NCBI GenBank assembly: GCA_043821445.1
Contig: JBDRCT010000049.1
Span: 3,872-67,871, forward strand
Length of the DNA: 64,000 nucleotides
Direction of reading: 5' to 3'
Source: Candidatus Omnitrophota bacterium
Lineage (GTDB): Bacteria; Omnitrophota; Omnitrophia; Omnitrophales; Aquincolibacteriaceae
The notes under the pieces were generated by a model that did no database searches, was not told where the DNA came from, and was given only the letters and a program-made list of their open reading frames with translations. The first letter of the stretch is position 1, and every line of letters starts with the position of its first letter. The translations under genes and the position numbers were made by a program. Shown here piece after piece: positions 12,500 to 22,067 of this stretch.

Positions 12500-13681
12500 A
12501 TGGCAAAAACGATCGTTCCCATAGGGCCCTATCATCCACTACAAGAAGAACCCGAATTTTTCACCCTGACAGTGGAAGGCGAACGGGTGGTGGAGATAGA
12601 TGTTCAGATCGGATACAACCACCGCGGAATCGAGAAGATCTCCGAGACGAAAACATTCGATCAGTCTACCTTCGCCGTCGAGAGAATATGCGGCATCTGT
12701 TCCACGAGCCATCCCGCGGCGTATACGCTGGCAGTGGAAGATATTATTCCGGTAGAGGTCCCTGAACGCGCGAAATACATTCGGACCATTGTCGCGGAAG
12801 GCGAGCGGATCCATTCACACCTTTTATGGCTCGGACTCGCGGGCCATTTCCTCGGCTACAACACGGTCTACATGTGGGCGTGGAAATTGCGCGAAGAGGT
12901 CCTGGACGTGATGGAGATCCTGTCCGGGAACAGGAATAACTACGCGATGTTCAAACCGGGCGGTGTCAGGCGCGATATCAAAGCCGAGGATATCCCCGGC
13001 GTTTTGAAGAAGATCGATTCCATCGTGCCTACCCTTCAAATGCTCCAGAAGGCCGTGATGGACGATCCCGTGCTTCATGCGCGTACCAAGGGCATTGGAG
13101 TCCTGACCAAAGAAGATGCCATCAGTTATTCTGCCCTTGGACCGACGGCGCGGGCGTCCGGTATCGCGCGCGACGTGCGCAAGGACTCCCCCTACGCTTC
13201 CTACGATAAGGTCGCATGGGACATGATTGTCCGGCATAACGGTGATGTCTTTGATAAATTAGTGATCCGTGTTCTCGAAACTTTCGAATCGATCAAGATC
13301 ATAAAATATTGCCTTACGAATTTGCCAAAAGGCGAGATCGACCTCAAGATCAAAAGTTTTCCGATCGGGGAAGGGATCGGTCACGTCGAGGCGCCGCGTG
13401 GCGAATGCTTTCATTATGTCAAAAGCGACGGAACGAACCGGCCGCTGCGCCATAAAATAAGGGCGCCGACTTACATGAATCTTCCGACTTATAAATCGAC
13501 CATTATGGGTCAAACGATTTCGGATGCGACGATCATCCTCGCGGCGATCGATCCTTGTTATTGCTGCACTGAGAGGATGGCCGTACGCGACGGAAAAGGG
13601 AAAAAACTTTTTACTGGCGAAGACCTCATCCGGCTTTCGCAGGAAAAAACCGAGAAACTCAGGGAAAAGTATGGACGCTAG
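12500..13681 (+). CDS. group 4 [NiFe] hydrogenase large subunit (NuoD/MbhL/EchE-like)
   Basis: N-terminal 'RICGICSTSHPAAY' (RxCGxCxxxH) and C-terminal 'DPCYCCTERM' (DPCxxC) Ni-Fe ligand motifs; 393 aa. Confidence 0.85.
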   Translation: MAKTIVPIGPYHPLQEEPEFFTLTVEGERVVEIDVQIGYNHRGIEKISETKTFDQSTFAVERICGICSTSHPAAYTLAVEDIIPVEVPERAKYIRTIVAEGERIHSHLLWLGLAGHFLGYNTVYMWAWKLREEVLDVMEILSGNRNNYAMFKPGGVRRDIKAEDIPGVLKKIDSIVPTLQMLQKAVMDDPVLHARTKGIGVLTKEDAISYSALGPTARASGIARDVRKDSPYASYDKVAWDMIVRHNGDVFDKLVIRVLETFESIKIIKYCLTNLPKGEIDLKIKSFPIGEGIGHVEAPRGECFHYVKSDGTNRPLRHKIRAPTYMNLPTYKSTIMGQTISDATIILAAIDPCYCCTERMAVRDGKGKKLFTGEDLIRLSQEKTEKLREKYGR

Positions 13682-15326
13682 CGGAACGTTTTTTAGATCA
13701 GATCCTCTTTCGGCTTTTGTGGCATTCTTTATTGTCTTCTTTTCCCTCCTGACAATATTTTATTCCTTAGGTTTCATGCGAGGAAAGAAGGGACTGCTTT
13801 GGTATTATCTTTATCTTATTCTCACGCTTGCCGCTTCGCTCGGTGCCGTGTTCGCCAATAATCTTGTGTTATTCATGGTATTTTGGGGAGTTCTGGGGTT
13901 CCTCCTTTATCTTTTGATCGGATTTGGAGAAAAAGAACGCACCCCTGCGACCGCCAAGAAGACATTTATCATCATCGGTGGCACGGATGCCTTGATGCTT
14001 CTCGGTCTTGCGCTTGTCTGGCAGCTGACAGGTTCGTTCCAGATGGACAAAATGAGCATCGCCTTGAATTCCAAGCTTGCCGTTTGGGCTTACCTGTGCT
14101 TTGCGGCCGGCGCATTCGCCAAAGCAGGTGCCATGCCGTTCCATACCTGGATCCCGGACACCGCCGAAGACGCACCGACGCCGGTCACGGCTTTCTTGCC
14201 GGCATCGCTTGATAAACTTTTAGGGATCTATTTTCTTGCCCGGCTTTCGTTGAGCATGTTCCAGATGAACGGGCCGATGAACACCTTTTTAATGGCGGTC
14301 GGAGCTTTTACGATCGTGGCGGCCGTTATGATGGCGCTCGTCCAACATGATCTGAAGCGGTTGCTCGGGTATCATGCCGTGAGCCAGGTCGGCTACATGG
14401 TGCTGGGGATCGGCACGGGAAATCCTATCGGGATCGCCGGCGGATTGTTTCATATGCTGAATAATGCAGTCTATAAAACCTGTCTGTTCCTGACGGGGGG
14501 GGCCGTCGAAAAGAAAACAGGGACGACCGACCTGGACAAACTCGGCGGTTTGGCAAAGATCATGCCGGTGACTTTCATTACATTTTTGATCGCGGCATTC
14601 GCTATTTCCGGTGTTCCGCCATTTAACGGTTTTGCTTCCAAATGGCTCATTTATCAGGGAATTATCGAGACAGCGAACAAAACCCGATATTTATGGATCG
14701 TGTGGCTGGTCGCGGCTATGTTCGGAAGCGCGCTGACGCTGGCAAGCTTCATGAAGCTGGTCCATGCTATTTTTTTAGGTCAGACATCCAAGGAAATGAA
14801 CCTAGCGGAAAACCAGAAAAAAGAAACCGGATTTACCATGTGGGTCCCGGCCGTTATCCTCGCGTTTCTTTGCGTCCTTTTCGGGGTCTTTTTTTATCCG
14901 ATCCCTCTAAAAATGTTCATTATCCCAAGCCTTGGGATGAATATTGAAAACTTCGGGATGTGGGATGCGGGCCTGGCGACGATTTTGATCTTCGTTGGCA
15001 TTTTGGTCGGGTTTGTGATCTACCTTTTAGGCGCGGCCGTAAAACCCAGGGAAGCCGAGGTCTTTGTCGGCGGGGAGGACTTGAAAGATCATCCGGATAT
15101 GAGAATTTCCGGGACGGAGTTCTACCGGACCGTTGAGGACATGAAGATCTTGAAACCGGTTTATCAGCTGGCAAAGGAAAAGGCCTTTGATCCCTACGAG
15201 GTGGGGGCGAAGCTCACGTTCGGTTTCAGTAAATTTTTATCCTATCTCCACAACGGCATCCTGCCGACTTATTTGGTCTGGTGCCTTTTGGGGATGGGCA
15301 TCTTATTTTACATTTTTCTGAGGTAG
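13671..15326 (+). CDS. Mrp/NuoL-like antiporter subunit (MbhH-like)
   Basis: ~550 aa polytopic, NuoL/M/N-MnhA family sequence ('HAWLPDA'-type region 'PFHTWIPDTAED'). Confidence 0.7.
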   Translation: MDASGTFFRSDPLSAFVAFFIVFFSLLTIFYSLGFMRGKKGLLWYYLYLILTLAASLGAVFANNLVLFMVFWGVLGFLLYLLIGFGEKERTPATAKKTFIIIGGTDALMLLGLALVWQLTGSFQMDKMSIALNSKLAVWAYLCFAAGAFAKAGAMPFHTWIPDTAEDAPTPVTAFLPASLDKLLGIYFLARLSLSMFQMNGPMNTFLMAVGAFTIVAAVMMALVQHDLKRLLGYHAVSQVGYMVLGIGTGNPIGIAGGLFHMLNNAVYKTCLFLTGGAVEKKTGTTDLDKLGGLAKIMPVTFITFLIAAFAISGVPPFNGFASKWLIYQGIIETANKTRYLWIVWLVAAMFGSALTLASFMKLVHAIFLGQTSKEMNLAENQKKETGFTMWVPAVILAFLCVLFGVFFYPIPLKMFIIPSLGMNIENFGMWDAGLATILIFVGILVGFVIYLLGAAVKPREAEVFVGGEDLKDHPDMRISGTEFYRTVEDMKILKPVYQLAKEKAFDPYEVGAKLTFGFSKFLSYLHNGILPTYLVWCLLGMGILFYIFLR

Positions 15327-15330
15327 AGCC

Positions 15331-15882
15331 ATGCTTTCGTTATATCTGCTTTTGGCCTTGATGATTATCGGAGCGATCGTTGCCATTGAGCTCAAAGATA
15401 TGCTTTCTTCGGCGGTGGCCGTGGGTGCGGTCGGACTCATTCTTTCCATCACGTTCCTTATGTTAAAGGCCCCGGATGTGGCCATTACCCAGCTTGTCGT
15501 GGAAATTTTATGTTTGATCATTCTGATCCGGGCGACCTTGAAAAAGGATCTTCCGTTCTCGATCACCGGCAGATGGTATTTGAACACTTTGGTCACAGGC
15601 TGTTTTATCGTTTTGTTCCTGTCGATCGCGATGAAGGCCTGCGCCGATCTTCCGCCTTTTGGTTATCCCATTATGAAGGTGGCGGAAACTTATTTGCGGG
15701 AAGGACTGCCGAAGACGGGCGCCGCCAATATCGTCGCCGCCGTCATCCTGGATTACAGGGCTTATGACACCCTGGGAGAAGCGACCGTGCTGTTTACGGC
15801 GGTGATCGGTGTTTTGGCGATCGTGCGTCGTATCGGCAGAAAACGGGAAGATACCGTTATCACGGATGAAGATGAGTCATAA
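15331..15882 (+). CDS. Mrp antiporter MnhB-like subunit
   Basis: 'NIVAAVILDYRAYDTLGEATVLFTAVIGV' MnhB signature. Confidence 0.65.
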   Translation: MLSLYLLLALMIIGAIVAIELKDMLSSAVAVGAVGLILSITFLMLKAPDVAITQLVVEILCLIILIRATLKKDLPFSITGRWYLNTLVTGCFIVLFLSIAMKACADLPPFGYPIMKVAETYLREGLPKTGAANIVAAVILDYRAYDTLGEATVLFTAVIGVLAIVRRIGRKREDTVITDEDES

Positions 15883-15894
15883 AAGGAGGGCCCC

Positions 15895-16347
15895 ATGAGC
15901 CGCGAGCAACAAGAGGGCATGTCCGTCATCGTCAAGACGATCACACGTCTTACCGTAGGGCTCATCCTGCTTTATGGGATCTACATTCTCAGCCACGGGC
16001 ATGTGTCGCCCGGCGGCGGGGGGGCGGGCGGCGTCATCATCGCGCTTTCTTTTGTCCATTTGATGCTTGCCTACGGTAAGGAGACAGCTTTTAAAAAGAT
16101 CCCCAAGGCGGCTGTTTCGTTCTTTGAGGGCATGGGCGCCATCATCTTTTTGGCGATCGCTTTGTTCGGGTTTACCAGCGGATACTTTTTCTTGAATTTC
16201 ATCTCCAAAGGGGAACCCTTCCGTTTGTTCAGCGCCGGGATCATCCCTTTGTGCAATATCGCGATCAGCTTGAAAGTGGGCGCCGGTCTTTTCGCGATCT
16301 TTGTCGCCTTAGTATTGCTAAAATTCGAATCGGAGCACAAACAATGA
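15895..16347 (+). CDS. small polytopic membrane subunit of the Mbh/Mrp module
   Basis: 150 aa, 3-4 TM helices, operon position. Confidence 0.4.
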   Translation: MSREQQEGMSVIVKTITRLTVGLILLYGIYILSHGHVSPGGGGAGGVIIALSFVHLMLAYGKETAFKKIPKAAVSFFEGMGAIIFLAIALFGFTSGYFFLNFISKGEPFRLFSAGIIPLCNIAISLKVGAGLFAIFVALVLLKFESEHKQ

Positions 16348-16682
16348 CGGCCTACATCCTTTGTCTCATGTTGTTCTGCGTGGGCATTTACGGTGTGATA
16401 AGAAAACGTAATATCATCAAGATTATTATCGGGACGATCATCGCGGAATATGCCGTGAACTTGTTTTTTATTTTGGTGTGCTACCGCATGAAGGGACGCG
16501 CCCCCATTTTTTCGCCGGACCAGTCGATCACGAACATGGTCGACGCGCTCCCGCAGGCGCTTGTTCTAACCGCCATCGTCATCGGGCTTGCGACGACCGC
16601 CATGCTGGTGGCGATCGCCATGCGGATCTATGAAAAATACGGCACCTTCGACATTACCAAGATCAGGGAGTTAAGAGGATGA
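16344..16682 (+). CDS. MnhC/NuoK-like subunit
   Basis: 112 aa, 3 TM; ATGA start/stop overlap with upstream gene. Confidence 0.55.
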   Translation: MTAYILCLMLFCVGIYGVIRKRNIIKIIIGTIIAEYAVNLFFILVCYRMKGRAPIFSPDQSITNMVDALPQALVLTAIVIGLATTAMLVAIAMRIYEKYGTFDITKIRELRG

Positions 16683-18178
16683 GCGGTCTCGTGAACCTCC
16701 TACCGTTATTTGTGGTCGTGCCGCTGGGCGGGGCTTTTTTGACCACGATCATCGGCCGCCGGGTGAAGCGGCTGCCGGACCTTGTAGGCGTGATCGCGAC
16801 CTTTTGCCTGTTCTGTTTTTCCGTCTGGGCGGTCGCTATCGTCAAACAACACGGCGTCCTTGTTTATAGCGTCGGCGCGTGGAGACCGCCGGTGGGCATC
16901 ACCCTTGTTTTGGACGCTTTGACCTCGTTCATGCTGGTGACGGTGAACACGGTCGTCTTTCTGATCGCGGTCTATTCGGTCCGGTATATGGAGCACTTTA
17001 CTTCAAAATGGAAGTTCTTCACGCTTTTTCTGTTGTTGGTAGGGGGGATGAACGGCGTGATCATTACGGGCGATCTGTTCAATCTGTTCGTGTTTTTGGA
17101 GATCGCGGCGGTCGCCAGCTATGCTCTGGTGGCCTTTGGGACTGAAAAGTACGAACTTGAAGCGGCGTTCAAATACGGCGTGATGAGTTCCGTCAGCTCG
17201 CTTTTTATCCTTTTGGGGATCGCATTCCTCTACGCCTATACCTCCACCCTGAACATGGCGGACATGGCGGCGGTTCTGTCAAAGAAGGGCCCAAACGAGA
17301 TCATCCCGATGGTATCGATCTTATTTATCATGGGGTTCGGCCTGAAGGCGGCCCTCGTTCCTTTTCACGCGTGGCTTCCGGACGCGCATCCTTCGGCCCC
17401 GGCGCCTATCTCTGCGACGCTTTCCGGCGTTCTGATCAAATCCCTTGGAGCGTATACGATTTGCAGGATCTTTTTTAATGTGATCGGATTCAGCGAAGGG
17501 GTTTCTTATGTTTTATTGGTCCTGGGAACGCTTTCCATGGTCGGGGGGGTGTTTTTAGCCGTTGGGCAATGGGACTTCAAAAGGCTTCTTGCCTATCACT
17601 CCATCAGTCAGATGGGTTATGTCATCCTGGGCATCGGCTTGGGGACGCCGCTCGGGATCCTGGGGGGCCTTTTCCATCTTTTCAACCATTCCATATTTAA
17701 ATCACTGCTTTTCTTGAACTCAGGGGCCGTGGAGTATGCCACCGGCACCCGGGACCTTCAGCGCATGGGCGGTCTTTTTAAGAAAATGCCTGTGACCGGC
17801 ACCACCAATCTTATTGCATCGATGTCGATCGCCGGCATACCGCCTTTCAACGGTTTTTGGAGCAAGCTTCTGATCATCGTGGCGTGCGTGCAGGCCGGCC
17901 GGTACGGTTTTGCTTTTTGGGCCGTATTTGCCAGCATTTTGACCCTCGCTTCTTTTATGAAAGTGATGAAATATGTTTATTACGGGAAGCTGCCCAAGGC
18001 ATTGGCCGATACGAAAGAAGTTCCCGGCTTGATGAAATTCGCCATGGTGGTCTTAGCATTTATTTGCGTGATCGGCGGACTTTTGTTCCTTCCCGGCGTT
18101 GCCGGGACGTTCCTTCAACCGGCAACGGCCGTTCTTTTGAAAGGGGTCGGGTATGCCCATTTACCCTTCATTCCATGA
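16679..18178 (+). CDS. MnhD/NuoM-like antiporter subunit
   Basis: 499 aa; 'PFHAWLPDAHPSAP' conserved NuoM/MnhD motif. Confidence 0.7.
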   Translation: MSGLVNLLPLFVVVPLGGAFLTTIIGRRVKRLPDLVGVIATFCLFCFSVWAVAIVKQHGVLVYSVGAWRPPVGITLVLDALTSFMLVTVNTVVFLIAVYSVRYMEHFTSKWKFFTLFLLLVGGMNGVIITGDLFNLFVFLEIAAVASYALVAFGTEKYELEAAFKYGVMSSVSSLFILLGIAFLYAYTSTLNMADMAAVLSKKGPNEIIPMVSILFIMGFGLKAALVPFHAWLPDAHPSAPAPISATLSGVLIKSLGAYTICRIFFNVIGFSEGVSYVLLVLGTLSMVGGVFLAVGQWDFKRLLAYHSISQMGYVILGIGLGTPLGILGGLFHLFNHSIFKSLLFLNSGAVEYATGTRDLQRMGGLFKKMPVTGTTNLIASMSIAGIPPFNGFWSKLLIIVACVQAGRYGFAFWAVFASILTLASFMKVMKYVYYGKLPKALADTKEVPGLMKFAMVVLAFICVIGGLLFLPGVAGTFLQPATAVLLKGVGYAHLPFIP

Positions 18179-18687
18179 GACCAGATAAAATAAACAGCAG
18201 GATCATTCTTTTTATCGTTGCTTTTTTAACGTGGTGTGTTTTGAACTGGCCGCCGGACTGGCAGCACCTTTTGGTAGGTTTTTTTGTGGCGGCATTTGTC
18301 ACCTATATGATCGGCGATCTTTATGTTTCTGTGCCGAGTATTTTTAAACAACCCCAGCGGTATTGGTATTTTGCGGCCCATTATCTCCCGCTTTTCATCT
18401 TGGAGTGCATCAAGGCGAACATTGATGTTGCCTACCGTGTTTTGCATCCTCAATTACCGATCAAGCCGGGGATCGTACGGATCAAGACAAAACTCAAGAC
18501 CGACACGGGGCTGACATTTTTGGCCAATACGATCACCCTGACGCCCGGGACCATGTGTGTGGATATCGATCGGGATCGCGGCATTTTATATATCCATTGG
18601 ATTCATGTGGACGCGCAGGAAGCAGAGAAGGCGACACAACTGATCGCGGGAAAATTCGAAACGATACTGGCGAAAATATTTGGATAA
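18175..18687 (+). CDS. MnhE-like subunit
   Basis: 170 aa, N-terminal 2 TM, ATGA overlap with upstream gene. Confidence 0.5.
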   Translation: MRPDKINSRIILFIVAFLTWCVLNWPPDWQHLLVGFFVAAFVTYMIGDLYVSVPSIFKQPQRYWYFAAHYLPLFILECIKANIDVAYRVLHPQLPIKPGIVRIKTKLKTDTGLTFLANTITLTPGTMCVDIDRDRGILYIHWIHVDAQEAEKATQLIAGKFETILAKIFG

Positions 18688-18705
18688 GCAGGAAGGGAAA
18701 GGAAG

Positions 18706-19074
18706 ATGAAAATGCTCAGGTGGTTCATAGGCACGGTGGCTCTTGCCGGCACCGTGGCACTCATTATCATTTATCCGCTCCCGTTTTTGTTCTATCCCGA
18801 TCTTCCCCATGTTGGATTTGTCGGCAGGGCCCTCTATATCGTTATTTTAAGCTGCTTCCTTTGTTTTTACAGGATCGCACGGGGGCCTTCGGGCGCCGAC
18901 CGGATCGTCGCGGTCGATATTCTGGGGATCATGCTCGTGGGTTTATGCGCAGTGCTCACCATTGCAACACGTCGTTCCTGGTATATTGACATCGGCATTG
19001 CCTGGGCCCTGCAAAGCTTCATCAGCACACTCGCGCTTTCCAAGTATCTGGAAGGAAAGGATTTCGATGAATGA
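18706..19074 (+). CDS. MnhF-like subunit
   Basis: 122 aa, 3 TM, operon position. Confidence 0.45.
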   Translation: MKMLRWFIGTVALAGTVALIIIYPLPFLFYPDLPHVGFVGRALYIVILSCFLCFYRIARGPSGADRIVAVDILGIMLVGLCAVLTIATRRSWYIDIGIAWALQSFISTLALSKYLEGKDFDE

Positions 19075-19402
19075 GACCCTTGGCTTAGTATTGATCGGCA
19101 TCGGGTTGGCCTTTGACCTTTTTGGGTGTCTAGGGCTTATCCGTCTTCCCGACGTTTATAACCGTCTGCAGGCGGCGACGAAATGCGTCACCGTAGGAAC
19201 TTGCAGCATTCTTTTTGGGACTTTTCTGATCATGGGATTTACCGCCGCAGGGCTGAAATCGATCTTGTGCATATGGTTTCTGGTCTTGGCTTCCCCCGTG
19301 GCAGCCCATGCCTTGGCGAGAGGCGCCCATCGTGCCGGTATTAAACTTTGGGAAAAAAGCGTGGTGGACCAGTATGCCGAGGACGGGGAAGGAAAAAAAT
19401 AA
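19067..19402 (+). CDS. MnhG-like subunit
   Basis: 'LGLVLIGIGLAFDLFGCLGLIRLPDVYNRLQAATK' MnhG signature. Confidence 0.6.
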   Translation: MNETLGLVLIGIGLAFDLFGCLGLIRLPDVYNRLQAATKCVTVGTCSILFGTFLIMGFTAAGLKSILCIWFLVLASPVAAHALARGAHRAGIKLWEKSVVDQYAEDGEGKK

Positions 19403-19405
19403 ATC

Positions 19406-20023
19406 ATGAGATTTCCATTACCGAAACTCCGGGAAGTGGTCGAGGCGGTGAAGGCGCTTATCGTAGGGCCTTACACCTCGAAGTTTCCTAAGGAACCACA
19501 TGTGCCGCATCCTAATTTCCGCGGCCAGCCCAAGTATAACGAGCAAAAATGCGTGGGCTGTCTAGCGTGTGTCGAGGTTTGTCCCGTCCAGGCACTCGAT
19601 TATAAAGATGACACCAGCGATCCTAAAGCGGCTAAAAGAACCATGATCCATTACACGGACACCTGCATTTTCTGCAGTCAGTGTGAGGCGGCTTGCATTG
19701 CGGACCATCAGGGGATCAAGGCCTCCACAGATTGGGAACTCTCCTTTTTCGACCGGAAAGCGGCATTCGAAACGATCGAGAAAGAATTGCAGCTTTGCGA
19801 GATTTGCGGAGTGACGGTCGCTTGCAAGGATCATTTGAAATGGATTGCCGAAAAACTCGGAGAATTATCCTATTCCAGCCCCACACTTTATCAATCACGT
19901 CTTCAGGACCTCGGGGTCATCGATGAGAATCTCAAGTCCGCATTGAAAGACAACGGCCGTTCCGATCGTGTCAAGATCCTCTGCGCGCCGTGCCGCCGGA
20001 AGACAACGCTCACGACCGAATAA
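19406..20023 (+). CDS. 2x[4Fe-4S] ferredoxin subunit (NuoI/MbhN-like)
   Basis: 'CVGCLACVEVCP' and 'CIFCSQCEAAC' motifs. Confidence 0.6.
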   Translation: MRFPLPKLREVVEAVKALIVGPYTSKFPKEPHVPHPNFRGQPKYNEQKCVGCLACVEVCPVQALDYKDDTSDPKAAKRTMIHYTDTCIFCSQCEAACIADHQGIKASTDWELSFFDRKAAFETIEKELQLCEICGVTVACKDHLKWIAEKLGELSYSSPTLYQSRLQDLGVIDENLKSALKDNGRSDRVKILCAPCRRKTTLTTE

Positions 20024-20057
20024 ACCAATATTGCTTTTTCTTGGGATCCCGGCCAAT

Positions 20058-20519
20058 ATGGAAGATCTTTTAATCCCCATTCTCAAAGGAAAGACCGTGA
20101 TCGTCGGCATCGGGAACCCGCTTCGCGGGGACGATGGTGTTGGGCCGTACCTTGTGGAAATTCTCCAGGGTAGGGTCAATGCTGTTTGTATCGATGCCGG
20201 GACGGCGCCCGAAAGTTACATCGGAAAGATTTTGAAGGAGTTCCCGGATACGGTACTGATCGTGGATGCCGTACACCTAGGGCTTGAGGCGGGCGCGTGT
20301 CAGGTCCTGGAGGGGGACGAGATCTTGAAAAGCGGTCTTACCACCCATGACCTTTCGCCGCGGATGTTCATGGACCATCTGAGGCAGGGAAGCAGGGCCC
20401 GGATCTACATGCTGGGGGTTCAGCCCCAAAGGGTCCTCTTCGGGGACGCTATGTCCGGATCGGTAAAAAAAACAACGGAACAACTGGCCGCAGCAATTAC
20501 GGAGGTGCTGGGTGCATGA
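20058..20519 (+). CDS. hycI: hydrogenase maturation endopeptidase (HycI/HyaD family)
   Basis: 'VIVGIGNPLRGDDGVGPYLVEIL' signature. Confidence 0.75.
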   Translation: MEDLLIPILKGKTVIVGIGNPLRGDDGVGPYLVEILQGRVNAVCIDAGTAPESYIGKILKEFPDTVLIVDAVHLGLEAGACQVLEGDEILKSGLTTHDLSPRMFMDHLRQGSRARIYMLGVQPQRVLFGDAMSGSVKKTTEQLAAAITEVLGA

Positions 20520-20754
20520 AACACATTTAATCGAACCGATCATCAAGGGGATCTCGGAGCACGCGAAAAAAGAGGGCGCTCGTTCCGTGTCCAAGGTCCA
20601 TATCAAGGTCGGCCTGTTGACCGGCGTCAAGGAAGAATCTTTCAGAGAAACCTTCGCGGTGCTTGCTAAGGGAACGATGCTTGAGAACGCCGAGATAGAA
20701 CTGACATTCTTTCCGGGCACCATCATCCAGATTCTTTCCTTCGCTATCGAGTAG
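20512..20754 (+). CDS. HypA-like N-terminal (Ni-binding MHE) domain, lacking the C-terminal Zn-finger
   Basis: 'MHETHLIEPIIKGISEHAKKEGARSVSKVHIKVGLLTGV' resembles HypA N-terminus; no CxxC...CxxC; 80 aa. Confidence 0.45.
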   Translation: MHETHLIEPIIKGISEHAKKEGARSVSKVHIKVGLLTGVKEESFRETFAVLAKGTMLENAEIELTFFPGTIIQILSFAIE

Positions 20755-20759
20755 ACGCC

Positions 20760-22067
20760 ATGTGCTATGCCATCCCCGGGAAGGTGAAGGAACTCAAGGG
20801 AAACGTTGCGGTCCTGGATTATTTCGGAGAGCTCCGGAGAGCACATTATGAGATGACGGATCTTCGGGTGGATGAATACGTTTATGCGCAGGGTGGTTAC
20901 GTCATCAATAAAGTCCCGCTCCGCGAGGCCGAAGAGATCCTATCAGCCTGGAAGACCATGTTCTTTGAACTCCAGGAAGTCGATCTGCGCCTGTCGCGCG
21001 CCGGGATCGAGAAGATAAGCGCGGACGCGGCGATCAAGCGGATCCTGGACAAGGCCATGGAAGGAAAGCCGCCGGCCAGGGACGAGCTGCTCTATCTGCT
21101 CAAGTGCCGCGATCGATCCACGCTTGACCTGGTCTTCAAATCCGCCAATTTCCTCCGTCAGAAATATCTTAAGAACGCCTGCTGCGTTCACGGCATTCTC
21201 GAGATCTCAAACCATTGTAGGGAAAATTGCCGTTATTGCGGGATTTCGACACACCACAAGGCCCTCACACGTTACCGCATGACCCCGGACGAGATCATGG
21301 CCGTCGCCTGTGAGGCGGTTGAAAAATATGGGTTTAAGGCGCTCGTCCTTCAAAGTGGCGAAGATCCCGGATATTCGATCGATGAATTCGCAAGGATCAT
21401 CAGGATGATCAAAGAAAAAACGCCGTGTCTTATTTTCATAAGTTTCGGCGAGATCGGTATTCCGGGTCTCCGGAAACTTCACGATGCCGGCGCGCGCGGG
21501 CTCTTGATGCGCTTCGAAACCTCGAATCCCAAACTTTACGCGGAATCCCATCCGGGCCGTTCCCTGGAAACAAGGCTCGAGCACCTCCGTAAGGCCTACG
21601 AAATGGGCTATTTGATCGTGACGGGAGGGCTGATCGGCCTGCCTGACCAGACCCTTGCGGATATCGTGGATGATATTTTTCTTGCAAAAGAACTTCACGC
21701 CGAGATGTACAGTTTTGGCCCGTTCCTTCCGCACCCCCAAACGCCTTTGGGGAAGGTCCTGCCTGTGCATGAAATTGAAATGTTGAAAGTGATTGCTGTC
21801 GCGAGACTTTTGGATCCGAAAGAAGCGAGGATCCTTGTCACCACGGCTTTCGAGACCTTGAGTCCGGACGCCCGGCGCAAAGGCCTTCTTGCCGGTGCTA
21901 ATTCTGTGATGCTTAATATCACCCCCGTAGAATATCGCGAGCGTTATGCGATCTACCCGAACCGGGTTTATGCCCACGAAACGGTCCGTAAACAGATCGA
22001 TGAGACGCTTGTCTTGTTGAAAGAACTCGGGCGCGCGCCGACGGACCTTGGCGCAAAGGTCCATTAA
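20760..22067 (+). CDS. fusion protein: N-terminal HypC/HupF-like domain + HydE/BioB-like radical SAM domain
   Basis: starts 'MCYAIPGKVKEL...VDEYVYAQGGYVI' (canonical HypC MC-x-AIP N-terminus) then 'ISNHCRENCRYCGIS' CxxxCxxC radical-SAM motif and BioB/HydE-like TIM barrel; single uninterrupted frame, 435 aa. Confidence 0.7.
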   Translation: MCYAIPGKVKELKGNVAVLDYFGELRRAHYEMTDLRVDEYVYAQGGYVINKVPLREAEEILSAWKTMFFELQEVDLRLSRAGIEKISADAAIKRILDKAMEGKPPARDELLYLLKCRDRSTLDLVFKSANFLRQKYLKNACCVHGILEISNHCRENCRYCGISTHHKALTRYRMTPDEIMAVACEAVEKYGFKALVLQSGEDPGYSIDEFARIIRMIKEKTPCLIFISFGEIGIPGLRKLHDAGARGLLMRFETSNPKLYAESHPGRSLETRLEHLRKAYEMGYLIVTGGLIGLPDQTLADIVDDIFLAKELHAEMYSFGPFLPHPQTPLGKVLPVHEIEMLKVIAVARLLDPKEARILVTTAFETLSPDARRKGLLAGANSVMLNITPVEYRERYAIYPNRVYAHETVRKQIDETLVLLKELGRAPTDLGAKVH

